NCBI GenBank assembly: GCA_043813805.1
Contig: JBDRKR010000010.1
Span: 16,696 to 80,695 of the forward strand
Direction: 5' to 3'
Length of the DNA: 64,000 nt
Origin: Candidatus Nealsonbacteria bacterium
GTDB lineage: Bacteria; Patescibacteriota; Minisyncoccia; Minisyncoccales; MHMH01
Shown piece after piece: positions 18,186 through 27,578 of the stretch; the stretch's first letter is position 1; the number at the start of each line of letters is the position of its first letter. Made by a program: the position numbers and the translations under genes. The notes under the pieces were generated by a model. The model was not told the origin of the DNA. It did no database searches and was given only the letters and a program-made list of their open reading frames with translations.

Positions 18186-19364
18186 ATGGAAGAAAAAATT
18201 AATATCCAAAAAGCATTTCTCAGAACCCCATTATTAATTGCTATTATATTTTTTGCTGTAGTAATTGCGGGAGTCGGTTATGGCATTTTTGATTATCAAA
18301 AACTCTCCGGGATAATAGAAGAGGCAGAACGATTGGCCGGTGAAGAAAAATACGATGAGGCAATAGAGAAATTGGAATTCGCCCAGCAAAAATGGATTGT
18401 CAAAAATTTATCCGTAAAAAGCGAAGAAATAGAGAGAAGCAAGCAATTAATCGAAAGTCAGAGAAATTATAATGAGGGGATTAAAAAAATCAAAACAAGG
18501 GATTGGAATGAGGCCAAAGAATTATTATTAAGTGTTGCTGAAGAATCTCCCTATTATTTAGACACTAAAAACAAGATAGAGATTTTAGAAGAAGTGCTTG
18601 ATTGCAAATACAGGAAAGGAGAATATAAAATGCGAGTTTTTGACTCCCAAGGAAGAGTTACCGGGATCGTCGACGGGGAAGTCAAAGAAGAAATTCCTTA
18701 TTCGGTATACGATGAAGAAACCAAACAAGTATTAATTTTTGACCCCAACGATTCTTACACATACGATTTCTCTGCTGTAAAAGCGGGAAATTATCAATTT
18801 ATTCTTACTGCTACTAGGGGAGGGGAAACCACAAGCTTTCATCTTGAGAATATTCCTATTTTATCTGGCGCTACTCATCGGATTCAAGTTGACGAAAAAG
18901 CGGTGGCAGAGGGGAAAATGGGTGCTGTTCTTCTAATGGACGACGATGGGGACGGAGAGTTTGAAGAAGAAATTACTTTTAGTAAGGAACTTACCTGCGA
19001 GGGTTTTATTATTCGGACAAAAATGCCTGAAATAGAGTTGGAAACGCCGGAAGAAGTTAATGTGGCCAAGGGATATATGCAGCTAGCAGAAGAAGAGCTT
19101 ATAGAAGCTAAAAAGTTTTTAGAAGAAGATAAAACTTTTGAAGCATCGAAACTCATTGCCCAAGCCATAAAAGACGCAAAAATAGCAGCCGATTCAGATC
19201 CCGATAATCCAGAAATGTGGTTTCGGCTAGGAAATATTTATTGCGAAGTAAGGGGTACGGCGCAAGGAGCAGAAGAGTGGTGTTTAAGATACTATCAAAA
19301 AGCCCTAGAATTAGATCCAGATAACCAGCTTTATTATCAGAAAGTAGAAGAACTTACAAAATAA
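18186..19364 (+). CDS. membrane-anchored TPR-containing protein
   Basis: N-terminal TM; TPR-like helices (DPDNPEMWFRLGNIY, YQKALELDPDN); central beta domain with DDDGDGEFE Ca-binding-like loop. Confidence 0.75.
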   Translation: MEEKINIQKAFLRTPLLIAIIFFAVVIAGVGYGIFDYQKLSGIIEEAERLAGEEKYDEAIEKLEFAQQKWIVKNLSVKSEEIERSKQLIESQRNYNEGIKKIKTRDWNEAKELLLSVAEESPYYLDTKNKIEILEEVLDCKYRKGEYKMRVFDSQGRVTGIVDGEVKEEIPYSVYDEETKQVLIFDPNDSYTYDFSAVKAGNYQFILTATRGGETTSFHLENIPILSGATHRIQVDEKAVAEGKMGAVLLMDDDGDGEFEEEITFSKELTCEGFIIRTKMPEIELETPEEVNVAKGYMQLAEEELIEAKKFLEEDKTFEASKLIAQAIKDAKIAADSDPDNPEMWFRLGNIYCEVRGTAQGAEEWCLRYYQKALELDPDNQLYYQKVEELTK

Positions 19365-19509
19365 ATTAAAGTAATTATATTTGAAATAAGATACTAATGT
19401 TTCATTTTGTGCAATGTCAGACAAGATTATAGTGATGACCTTATGTCGCATAAGCGCCATGCTTGGTATAAAAAGCGATAAATAACTAAAACTTAGGCCG
19501 GGGGTAAAA

Positions 19510-19554
19510 TGAAAGAGGCTAAACCTCTTTCAGCGCGATTGAGGTTTAGCCTCA
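19510..19554. repeat. REP-like family 1 (copy 4) plus a shorter inverted copy
   Basis: tgaaagagg-ctaaa-cctctttca and tgagg-tttag-cctca. Confidence 0.85.
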
Positions 19555-19560
19555 TTAAAC

Positions 19561-19592
19561 ATCGCCCAAAAGGCGATATTTTGGTAGGATAA
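19561..19592 (+). promoter_or_regulatory. canonical junction module: hairpin + T tract + extended -10, leaderless start
   Basis: ATCGCC-CAAAA-GGCGAT-ATTT-TGGTAGGAT, ATG 6 nt later. Confidence 0.75.
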
Positions 19593-19596
19593 AAAC

Positions 19597-20106
19597 ATGA
19601 AGAAGATAATTTATATAGTTTTATTTATGATTATTATAGCTGCCGGCGCAGCGGTTTGGTGGGTTGGGACAAACAAAGCGCCGGCAGAACAGGTTTCCTG
19701 CACCTTGGAAGCTAAGCTTTGTCCTGATGGATCGGCTGTTGGCCGTACCGGGCAAAATTGCGAGTTTACAGCCTGTCCGGAGGTAAAGACGGGCGTATTA
19801 ACGGGAAGGGTGACAATCGGGCCCTTGTGCCCGGTAGAGCGCATACCCCCGGACCCCAGATGTCAGCCGACTGAAGCTACGTATAAGGCCTGGCAGATAG
19901 CTGTTTATACTGCTGACAAGACAACAAAACTTGCCCAAATTGAGCCTAATTTGGACGGAAGCTACGAAGTCGGGCTGCCGGCGGGTGAATATCTGATTGA
20001 TTTTGAAGAGAAGCACGCTTTTGCCTGGAGTTTGCCCAAAACCGTCACTATTACAAAAGACGAGACCGCGGTCTTGAATATTGATATTGATACCGGGATA
20101 AGGTAA
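19597..20106 (+). CDS. membrane-anchored protein with Cys-rich CTLEAKLCPDGS module and a carboxypeptidase-regulatory-like beta domain
   Basis: N-terminal TM; CTLEAKLCPDGSAVGRTGQNCEFTACP; GPLCPVE; LPAGEY. Confidence 0.75.
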   Translation: MKKIIYIVLFMIIIAAGAAVWWVGTNKAPAEQVSCTLEAKLCPDGSAVGRTGQNCEFTACPEVKTGVLTGRVTIGPLCPVERIPPDPRCQPTEATYKAWQIAVYTADKTTKLAQIEPNLDGSYEVGLPAGEYLIDFEEKHAFAWSLPKTVTITKDETAVLNIDIDTGIR

Positions 20107-20159
20107 TCATTTGTTTAACCTTTAGCGTTAAATACTATGGAAAATGATATAATTTAGTA

Positions 20160-20834
20160 ATGGCAAATATTCAACACTACATTTTTATAGATGAGTCGGG
20201 CGATCCGGGAAAACCATTTGAGATTGATGCCGACGGAAATAAGATTCCAACGGGATCAAGTTTATTTTACATACTCACTGCAATCTATCTTGATTCGGCA
20301 AAGTTATTCGCGTTAGAAAACGAGATTATGGAGATACGCCATAAATACGGATTCAGAAGTGAGGTAAAATCTACTATTATTCCGCTTAAGATGTATAAAG
20401 ATTTACTTGAGATTATAAATAAAATCGGAGTACCTATTTATTATCGGCTTATAGATAAGAAAACATATAAGGGTAAATTTGCCGTATCCGGACATACGAA
20501 ACTTCATAATATTTTTGACGATTATAATTTATCCAAGCTTGTTTTGTTTACTACTAAAAAACAAAATCTCTTAGGAGTGGAGGTTGTGATTGATCGTGCG
20601 GACAGAAGGATGTTTAATAACGATTATTTTAGTAGTTTTGATAATTACCTATTTGAACGGGTAAATACAAAAACTATTCAGCGCATAAAGCATGTTACTC
20701 ATGTGAATTCAGAATACGTGAATGCAATGCAGTTATCTGACCTTGTGGGCGGCGCAATTAAGGATTATTTTACCGGTAAAAATAAGGATTTAAAGAAGAT
20801 AATTGATAAAAAGTACCTGTACAAAATATGGTAA
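20160..20834 (+). CDS. DUF3800 family protein (RNase H-like fold)
   Basis: IFIDESGD at the N-terminus and QLSD (QxAD-like) motif near the C-terminus. Confidence 0.85.
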   Translation: MANIQHYIFIDESGDPGKPFEIDADGNKIPTGSSLFYILTAIYLDSAKLFALENEIMEIRHKYGFRSEVKSTIIPLKMYKDLLEIINKIGVPIYYRLIDKKTYKGKFAVSGHTKLHNIFDDYNLSKLVLFTTKKQNLLGVEVVIDRADRRMFNNDYFSSFDNYLFERVNTKTIQRIKHVTHVNSEYVNAMQLSDLVGGAIKDYFTGKNKDLKKIIDKKYLYKIW

Positions 20835-20928
20835 AAAACCAAAAGAGCGGGCCCTAGACCTAGGACACGCTCTTTTGGTACAAACTATGGTGTATGACCC
20901 TAAGGTTTATATAATGAAACCGAAAGAC
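20832..20928 (-). ncRNA. candidate ~95 nt small RNA convergent on the DUF3800 gene
   Basis: Own - strand promoter; ends in long hairpin accaaaagagcg...cgctcttttggt + U tract; no ORF. Confidence 0.55.
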
Positions 20929-20934
20929 AATTTA

Positions 20935-20962
20935 AGTATAACAGACCAAAGGGTGTTGTCAA
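20935..20962 (-). promoter_or_regulatory. sigma70 promoter for the candidate sRNA
   Basis: TTGACA-16-TATACT with TG extension on - strand. Confidence 0.7.
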
Positions 20963-20972
20963 GATATTAAAA

Positions 20973-22205
20973 ATGACTCAAGCTCAGGCTCTCAAAATTC
21001 TAAAATCGGGCCGCAATGTATTTTTAACCGGTTCGGCAGGAACCGGTAAGACTTTTTTATTGAATAAATTTATCTCGTATTTAAAAAAGAAGAAGATCAG
21101 TATCGGAGTTACCGCTTCCACCGGGATTGCCGCAACCCACATCGACGGAAGAACGATTCATTCGTGGTCCGGGATGGGGATAAAAGACAAGCTCACGGAT
21201 AGGGAAATCGAGCAGCTTCTGAGAAAAGATAAGTTGCAAACCAGGATAAAAGAAGCCCGGATTTTAATCGTTGATGAAATATCAATGCTGGATGCTTCGA
21301 GGCTCGATTTGCTCGACAGTATCTGCAAATTAGCCAAAGAGTCGTTGTCACCGTTCGGCGGAATACAAATTATTATGTGCGGAGATTTCTTCCAGCTTCC
21401 TCCCGTTGATTCAAAAAATGAAAACAAAGCTTTCGCCTACGAATCTTCGGCTTGGAAGAATTCCGATATTAAAACATGCTATCTTGATAGACAATACAGG
21501 CAAAACGACCGGGGATTCATAGGTATTTTGAATAATATAAGGAATAATCAGGCGGGCGAAGACACCCTGATGAAATTAAAGGCGAGACTGCATCAATCTA
21601 TTAAACTTAAAACGATCAACCCGATCAAGCTTTATACTCATAATATTGACGTAGATGCAATGAACAATTACGAATTATCAAAAATTCCGGGTGAGGAGTT
21701 TAACTACGAAATGATGAGTCATGGCCCCAAAGAGCTGGTTAAGGTTTTAAAGAAAAATTGTCTGGCGCCGGAACACTTCACTTTGAAGGTCGGAGCCATG
21801 GTCATCTTTGTTAAAAATAATTTTAACCAGGGTTATGTTAACGGGACCCTGGGCAAGGTAATCGGTTTCGATAAGTTTGACTTTCCTATCGTTGAAACAG
21901 AGTCCGGAGACGAAATTACGGTTACCACCACCAGCTGGAACATTGAAGAAGACAGGCAAATCGTCGCCAGCATCAGCCAGGTGCCATTACGGCTGGCCTG
22001 GGCGATAACGGTTCACAAAAGCCAGGGCATGACCATAGATGCGGCGGAAATCGATTTAAGCAAGTCGTTTGAGTATGGTATGGGATACGTGGCCTTATCC
22101 AGAGTCAGGAGTTTAGACAACATCAGGCTTATGGGGATAAATGAGATGGCTTTGAAGGTTAACCCAAGTGTCGTTGAAAAAGATCTGGAATTCAGATCGT
22201 CTTAG
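20973..22205 (+). CDS. PIF1-like SF1B DNA helicase
   Basis: GSAGTGKT, DEISM, GDFFQLPPV, AWAITVHKSQG, YVALSR. Confidence 0.93.
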   Translation: MTQAQALKILKSGRNVFLTGSAGTGKTFLLNKFISYLKKKKISIGVTASTGIAATHIDGRTIHSWSGMGIKDKLTDREIEQLLRKDKLQTRIKEARILIVDEISMLDASRLDLLDSICKLAKESLSPFGGIQIIMCGDFFQLPPVDSKNENKAFAYESSAWKNSDIKTCYLDRQYRQNDRGFIGILNNIRNNQAGEDTLMKLKARLHQSIKLKTINPIKLYTHNIDVDAMNNYELSKIPGEEFNYEMMSHGPKELVKVLKKNCLAPEHFTLKVGAMVIFVKNNFNQGYVNGTLGKVIGFDKFDFPIVETESGDEITVTTTSWNIEEDRQIVASISQVPLRLAWAITVHKSQGMTIDAAEIDLSKSFEYGMGYVALSRVRSLDNIRLMGINEMALKVNPSVVEKDLEFRSS

Positions 22206-22238
22206 CCGAAGGGGCGGTTTTTTGGTAAGATTAAATAT

Positions 22239-22509
22239 ATGGTTAACGTATGACGGAGCGGGGAAAGCGAAGGGTAATTGCGATGCCGATTTGGTACTTA
22301 AGGCAGTTGTTGATTATTATGAAAAACGGTGTGAGAAAGCAGTTATTGTTACAAGTGACGGCGACTATGCCGGACTGGTAAAATTTTTAAAAGAAAAGGG
22401 CTCTTTTTTAGCTATCGTTTCTCCGGGAGATAAATGTTCTTATCTATTGAGAAAGCTGAATATTCCCATTGTTTATTTAAATACCAAGAAAGGTAAACTG
22501 AAATTATAA
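22239..22509 (+). pseudogene. 5'-truncated NYN (LabA/DUF88, PIN-like) nuclease remnant
   Basis: KGNCDADL and VTSDGDY motifs present, N-terminal IDxxN half absent; the ATG at 22239 is out of frame with the remnant. Confidence 0.7.
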
Positions 22510-22511
22510 CT

Positions 22512-22570
22512 CCAAAAAGAAAAAGCCCCCAGTAGGGACGAGCCCTACAAGGGTCTTTTTCATAGTGATA
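22512..22570 (-). ncRNA. candidate ~60 nt hairpin RNA convergent on the NYN remnant
   Basis: gaaaaag/ctttttc and gtaggg/ccctac nested stems plus U tract, downstream of a - strand promoter. Confidence 0.45.
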
Positions 22571-22575
22571 TTATA

Positions 22576-22603
22576 ATTATAGCAAGCCATCGGAGGTTGT
22601 CAA
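22576..22603 (-). promoter_or_regulatory. sigma70 promoter for the candidate sRNA
   Basis: TTGACA-16-TATAAT with TG extension on - strand. Confidence 0.7.
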
Positions 22604-22634
22604 GAGTTATAAAATAATCAAAATTTAGGACAAT

Positions 22635-23192
22635 ATGAAGAAGCAGATTATCTTGCAAAATAAAAGAATAACTTACGCGCTTCGCAAAAGTAAAAGAGCG
22701 CGGAGAATGAGACTGGCGGTTTATTGCGACGGATCGGTGATTGTCACGACGCCGTTTAATTTGCAGGAAAATATTGCCGAAAGATTTATTGAAGAAAAGA
22801 TGGGCTGGCTCCTGTCTAAAATTGATCATTTCAAACATTTTAAATATAAACATATCAGGCGGCAGGGCCGTCAAGATTATTTAAAATATAAAGAGAGGGC
22901 CGTCTCTTTGGTTGAAGAAAGAGTGTCTTATTTCAATAAAATTTACGATTTTAAATATAATAAAATCAATATAAAGAACCAAAAAACCCGCTGGGGGAGC
23001 TGCTCCAAAAAAGGAAATCTGAACTTTAATTATAAAATTGCGTTACTGCCGCAGTATCTGGCTGATTATATTATTGCCCATGAGCTGTGCCATCTTATTG
23101 AATTCAGTCACTCCCGGAAATTTTGGAATTTTGTCCGAAAACTTGTGCCCAATTATCCGGAGATAAGAAGGGAACTGAAGAGTTATAAATGA
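22635..23192 (+). CDS. YgjP/DUF45 (SprT-like, M48) metal-dependent hydrolase
   Basis: KTRWGSCS, YIIAHELCHL, HSRKFW. Confidence 0.92.
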   Translation: MKKQIILQNKRITYALRKSKRARRMRLAVYCDGSVIVTTPFNLQENIAERFIEEKMGWLLSKIDHFKHFKYKHIRRQGRQDYLKYKERAVSLVEERVSYFNKIYDFKYNKINIKNQKTRWGSCSKKGNLNFNYKIALLPQYLADYIIAHELCHLIEFSHSRKFWNFVRKLVPNYPEIRRELKSYK

Positions 23193-23806
23193 TCAAAATG
23201 AATGTTTTTAAAAAATTACATAAAAAACTCAAGAAGAAACACGGGACGCCAAAGGGCCAGTGGAAGCTTTGGTGTAAAAGACCGAAAACGGACGGGGAGA
23301 GAGAAGAGGTGATTATCGGAGCGGTTTTGACGCAGATAACCAACTGGAGGAATGTTGAGATGGCCATGAACAATTTGAAAAAAGCCAAGACAGGTTCTTT
23401 AAAAAATATTTATCGGCTGGGGCCGAAAAAGTTGGAGAACTTGATTAAACCATCCGGGTTTTACAGAACCAAGGCCCGATATCTGTTTAATTTGGCCAAG
23501 TTTATTATTGAAAATTATGGCAGCGTGGCAAAGATGAGAAAGAAGGAACTTAAAGAGTTAAGAGAGAAGCTGCTGGAATTGAAGGGTATCGGGCCTGAAA
23601 CCGCCGACAGTATTTTACTTTACGCTTTAGATAAGCCAATTTTTGTGATCGACGAATATACCAGAAGGCTGCTCAAAGAGTGTAATTTGGCCGACAGGGC
23701 GGATTATCATTTTTTACAGAAAAGGTTTGAAAAAAGTTTAAGAAAAGACTTTCGCTTATATCAGGATTTCCACGCCCTGATTGTTATTAACGGTAAAAAT
23801 TCTTAG
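23189..23806 (+). CDS. endonuclease III-related HhH-GPD DNA glycosylase
   Basis: GAVLTQITNW, PSGFYRTKA, LKGIGPETADSILLY, VIDEYTRR. Confidence 0.88.
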   Translation: MIKMNVFKKLHKKLKKKHGTPKGQWKLWCKRPKTDGEREEVIIGAVLTQITNWRNVEMAMNNLKKAKTGSLKNIYRLGPKKLENLIKPSGFYRTKARYLFNLAKFIIENYGSVAKMRKKELKELREKLLELKGIGPETADSILLYALDKPIFVIDEYTRRLLKECNLADRADYHFLQKRFEKSLRKDFRLYQDFHALIVINGKNS

Positions 23807-23818
23807 CGGCCGGGAAAA

Positions 23819-23841
23819 TGAAAGAGGTTTAGCCTCTTTCA
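23819..23841. repeat. REP-like family 1 (copy 5)
   Basis: tgaaagagg-tttag-cctctttca. Confidence 0.9.
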
Positions 23842-23931
23842 TTTTCGCCAAGAGGATGGGTTTTGTGGTATAATAAATCCGTTAGGGATGATCCTCAACC
23901 TGAATCATATTTTAAATAATAAAATAATTAT

Positions 23932-26058
23932 ATGGCAAGCTATCAGGAATTCTTCGATTCGTTAAAAAGAAATAATTTAGACAAGAATTCTTCTCCGGAA
24001 GACCTCGATAATGTTTTGAGCCGGTTAAATTACAGCCGGGAGGGCAAGCAGGAAGTTTTTGAATTTTTGAAATCGCAAGGCTGGTTTTCAGGCGGCGGTG
24101 ACATTCAGAAGTCACCTGAGAAAATCGCCGCAATACCGGCTCAGACGACAAATCTCCCGGAAATAAAGTCTAAAAAGATACAGGTCAACACAATTGCGAT
24201 AATTTTAATTGCGCTGCTTAGTTTCGGCACAATTTATGCTTACGTCCAAAAAATAGGGCCTTTTTCATCCCAAAAATATTCTGAAGAAAATTTCCTTGCC
24301 GACATGTTGAAAAAAGTCAGCCAGATTAATTCCTCGTCATATACCGTGTCAAGTGTTTTGAAGGTTGTCCCTCGCGATGAAGGCGCTGAGCCGTTTACCA
24401 TAAAAGAAGCATCAAACGCCGCCGAATTGAAGCAAAAATATTATTATGATTCAGTGCGGTTGGAGGACGCTTCGGCCATTATTTCCCAATTGAACAGCTC
24501 AAGCGGTTATTATTCCCCTTCTTCTTATTATTATCCTTCTCAGGACGCGTCGACGATAGCATATCCCGGCAGCATTGAAACATTGTTCAGCGATGTTTAC
24601 GGCGGTTATTATGGATATGGCAGCAAATCAGTCACAGACCCGGTTACGGATAAAAATTATGAATATCAGATAACTGACGGCGGCAAGAATTTTCTTTTGA
24701 CTGTGGATTTTGAAACTGATTACGCCATAAAAGCGATTAAGCGTTATGACTACGAAGCCGCCAGCACGATTATTACCGGCAGAAGGGTTTCTTTTACGAA
24801 AGACAGCTCTTCATATTTTTATATGTCCAGCGAGCCGCCCAAACCATTTTTAGCAACGATAGGCGAATCAATAAAAACGCTTCCGCCGGATATCAGCGTA
24901 GAAAGCTCCATCAGCGCATCTTCTGAAATGAAGTCAGGAGGGATGGCGGATTGGCTGTTTAACATTAACGCCGAAGGAGATTTTGGAGATTTGACTTATA
25001 AAATAAACGCCGACGCCCTTAAAAAGGGGGATGATTATTATTTTAAGATTAATAACTTTCCCAGCATATTCTTATTCGGCGATCTCGTTACCGTAAAAGG
25101 CAAATGGGTGAACATTTCTTCCGACAACGATTCTTCCGCCGGCGGAGACAGTTATTCTCTCCTGGCGTCTTTAAAAGAGCGGATCCCGCAAATGGAAAAA
25201 AGCTACAAAGAAAGCCGCGAAAAAGTCGTTAAGTTTCTGAAGAAAACAGTTGCCATCGCCGACGAAGAAAAACTGATTATCTTTAAAAATCAGCCGCGAT
25301 CAGAAAAAGTAGACGGCCGACAGCTGATAAGATACGAATTGAGTTTAAGAAAGGAGGCAATGCTGCCGTTCTACACCAGATTACAAGATGAAATAAATAA
25401 AGATCCTGACTTTTCGGGATTCGGAGATGTGGTTGACCAGGGTTTGATAGACTATTTGAAGAGCGAAGAGTTTGAAGAGGTTTTTGCTTATTTTGACAAG
25501 AATAATGCTTTTGTTTTTTGGACTGATACCAAGGGGTTCCCGGCCATTATCCAAAATTCGATGAGGATTGTTCCGCCGGATACCGCTACCCAGCTTCAAG
25601 ATAAACAAATCAGCATTGTTTTCAAATTAATAATCAGCGACATTAATAAGCCTTCTGACATAAAAGCGCCTTTAGAGTCGGTACCCATAGAAAAATTAAT
25701 CAGTGACTTTGAGAATAATGTGTTAGGCGAAGCCAGAGGAAAAGCTCGGGATGCCGTGCGCAAGGCTGATATGCGCCAGATCGTGACTGCCATGGAGATG
25801 TATTATGGCATGGAAAACGTTTACTATACCAATTCTGGGACTAGTTGGCCATCAGCAATTGGCACTTATATGCCTAACATTCCGACCGATCCTTTGAAAG
25901 ATACTGAAACTCCTTATGTCTGGGTTGATAATACCGGTAATAATCAAAAATTTTGTGTCTACGCCACTCTTGAAGATGGAAAATGGTATACCTCTTCTTA
26001 TAATGGAAACTACACCTGTTTAGACGTTAAACCAACGCTTAATGATTGTTGTTTTTAA
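23932..26058 (+). CDS. large membrane-anchored surface protein with pilin-like domains
   Basis: One TM near residue 90; C-terminal ARDAVRKADMRQIVTAMEMYY...DP...FCVYATLE pilin-like domain. Confidence 0.7.
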   Translation: MASYQEFFDSLKRNNLDKNSSPEDLDNVLSRLNYSREGKQEVFEFLKSQGWFSGGGDIQKSPEKIAAIPAQTTNLPEIKSKKIQVNTIAIILIALLSFGTIYAYVQKIGPFSSQKYSEENFLADMLKKVSQINSSSYTVSSVLKVVPRDEGAEPFTIKEASNAAELKQKYYYDSVRLEDASAIISQLNSSSGYYSPSSYYYPSQDASTIAYPGSIETLFSDVYGGYYGYGSKSVTDPVTDKNYEYQITDGGKNFLLTVDFETDYAIKAIKRYDYEAASTIITGRRVSFTKDSSSYFYMSSEPPKPFLATIGESIKTLPPDISVESSISASSEMKSGGMADWLFNINAEGDFGDLTYKINADALKKGDDYYFKINNFPSIFLFGDLVTVKGKWVNISSDNDSSAGGDSYSLLASLKERIPQMEKSYKESREKVVKFLKKTVAIADEEKLIIFKNQPRSEKVDGRQLIRYELSLRKEAMLPFYTRLQDEINKDPDFSGFGDVVDQGLIDYLKSEEFEEVFAYFDKNNAFVFWTDTKGFPAIIQNSMRIVPPDTATQLQDKQISIVFKLIISDINKPSDIKAPLESVPIEKLISDFENNVLGEARGKARDAVRKADMRQIVTAMEMYYGMENVYYTNSGTSWPSAIGTYMPNIPTDPLKDTETPYVWVDNTGNNQKFCVYATLEDGKWYTSSYNGNYTCLDVKPTLNDCCF

Positions 26059-26182
26059 GATGATCCTCAACCTGATTCATAATATCGCCGAAGGGGCGAT
26101 ATTTTATTGACTTTTTTGTTTTTTCTTGTACAATGCGGGTTATGAACGATCTTAACAATATTAGATAAGGAAGGAGCGAAAG

Positions 26183-26578
26183 GTGAAAGAAGCGCTTTGC
26201 CGGTCGGATAAGACGCATTGGTGTACAGAATGCTGTCCTCCAAATTGCCCGTTATTGGGAGATATTGGTGGAGGAGAGGTTGGTTGTTTGGGTCACGACG
26301 GTAAAAGAACGCCGGACGGTCTGACCGAACGCCCGATTTGCCTGGAAATTGATTGCTTAGACGAGTTTCTCCCGGAAGACAGAGAAACTATCCGGCAGGC
26401 AATTTCCAAATTGTCCGCGGGAAGATTCGAGATGGGCAAGGTTTTAGCTCAGTTCAAGATCGGAAGGAGAATCTGCGCCTGGTGCAAGCCCCAAAGAATA
26501 TTGGGGAGAAAACTAGACATCGAAGGCGACACTCATACCATATGCGATGATTGTTGCAAGGCGGATCCTTGGAAATAA
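26183..26578 (+). CDS. Cys-rich hypothetical protein
   Basis: CTECC, CAWC, HTICDDCC; own promoter and SD, GTG start. Confidence 0.6.
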   Translation: MKEALCRSDKTHWCTECCPPNCPLLGDIGGGEVGCLGHDGKRTPDGLTERPICLEIDCLDEFLPEDRETIRQAISKLSAGRFEMGKVLAQFKIGRRICAWCKPQRILGRKLDIEGDTHTICDDCCKADPWK

Positions 26579-26681
26579 TAGCCAATGGTCCGCCTTTTAT
26601 ATTAGAAAAGACAAAATCGCTAAAGAGGCGGTTTTAGGTAATTGCGGTAAGACCAAAAATAAAATGGCAGAACTCGAGGTT

Positions 26682-26960
26682 CTACCATTTAATAATAGTT
26701 CTTTTGTCAGGCGAAAATTCTTTCCGCAAGATTTTTACCTTGTAAATCACTCCACCGTTATTCGTAACCACTCCTTTTCTGAAAATCGTAATGGCGTGCT
26801 TCTTCTCCAATCTTCTTAAAAATTCCGGGATATATTTTCTTTTAACTTGGGGGAGGTTTTCAATACACAGGGAAATCGGATCGTTGACGCAGTTGTTGCC
26901 GTCTTTGTTTTTTAAAAGAACCTTAAATATTTCTTCCTGAGCCGGAGCCCGACTTTGCAT
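26682..26960 (-). CDS. hypothetical protein (possible winged helix)
   Basis: AGGAGG SD before ATG on - strand. Confidence 0.5.
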   Translation of the reverse strand: MQSRAPAQEEIFKVLLKNKDGNNCVNDPISLCIENLPQVKRKYIPEFLRRLEKKHAITIFRKGVVTNNGGVIYKVKILRKEFSPDKRTIIKW

Positions 26961-27074
26961 AAGACCTCCTGAAGAAAGATTTTATTCCTTATTTTTATAA
27001 CATAAAAGTTATTAAGAATCAAGGTATTGACTTTTTGGATTTAAAGGTATAATCTGCGAAAGGTAAAGGAGGTA

Positions 27075-27419
27075 ATGATGATCGAGGGAGAAATGAACCA
27101 AAGAAACAAGATAGCTGCTTTGCTGACAATCGGTTTGAGGTCTGATGCATTCAAATGGAATCTTCAGGGCACGATTTTGGACAAGTCGGCGCTCCTTCAA
27201 GCAGTCAGCAGGGAAACAAGAGAGGGGGCATTGATTGTTGAGATGGCGAGAGAGATTGTCGGCACTCGTCCAAAGAATGATTCCTATCAGCCCGGGAACA
27301 CGGCGATATGCTTGTTGTGCGGAAACGAAATACCCATCGTCAAGGCCGGTATTTTGGCCTGTTGTGGCCAGAATATGGAGATAAAGGCGCCCAGGCTCAT
27401 ACCACCCAGTTCAGATTAA
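27075..27419 (+). CDS. hypothetical protein with C-terminal desulforedoxin-like Cys4 domain
   Basis: CLLCGNEI...GILACCGQNM parallels CNICGNIV...[10 protein letters not shown] of Dfx; AAGGAGGT SD. Confidence 0.6.
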   Translation: MMIEGEMNQRNKIAALLTIGLRSDAFKWNLQGTILDKSALLQAVSRETREGALIVEMAREIVGTRPKNDSYQPGNTAICLLCGNEIPIVKAGILACCGQNMEIKAPRLIPPSSD

Positions 27420-27578
27420 GTAATCTCAATAAATCAAAAGACCCGTGCGGATCGCCCGGGTCTTTATTTTTATCAGAAATTAATAAGACTATTGCTTTTT
27501 AACAGTTGGCAGTATGGCATATTTACATTATAGTATAAATAATCGAACTATGTACGGAAATAAAAGAAAATTTTAGAT

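Noticed and set aside
22168-22238. N-terminal part of the track ORF 22168-22509 as a real NYN start
   Set aside because: It reads through the helicase 3' end and the junction hairpin and lacks the NYN N-terminal motif; the locus is called a remnant instead.
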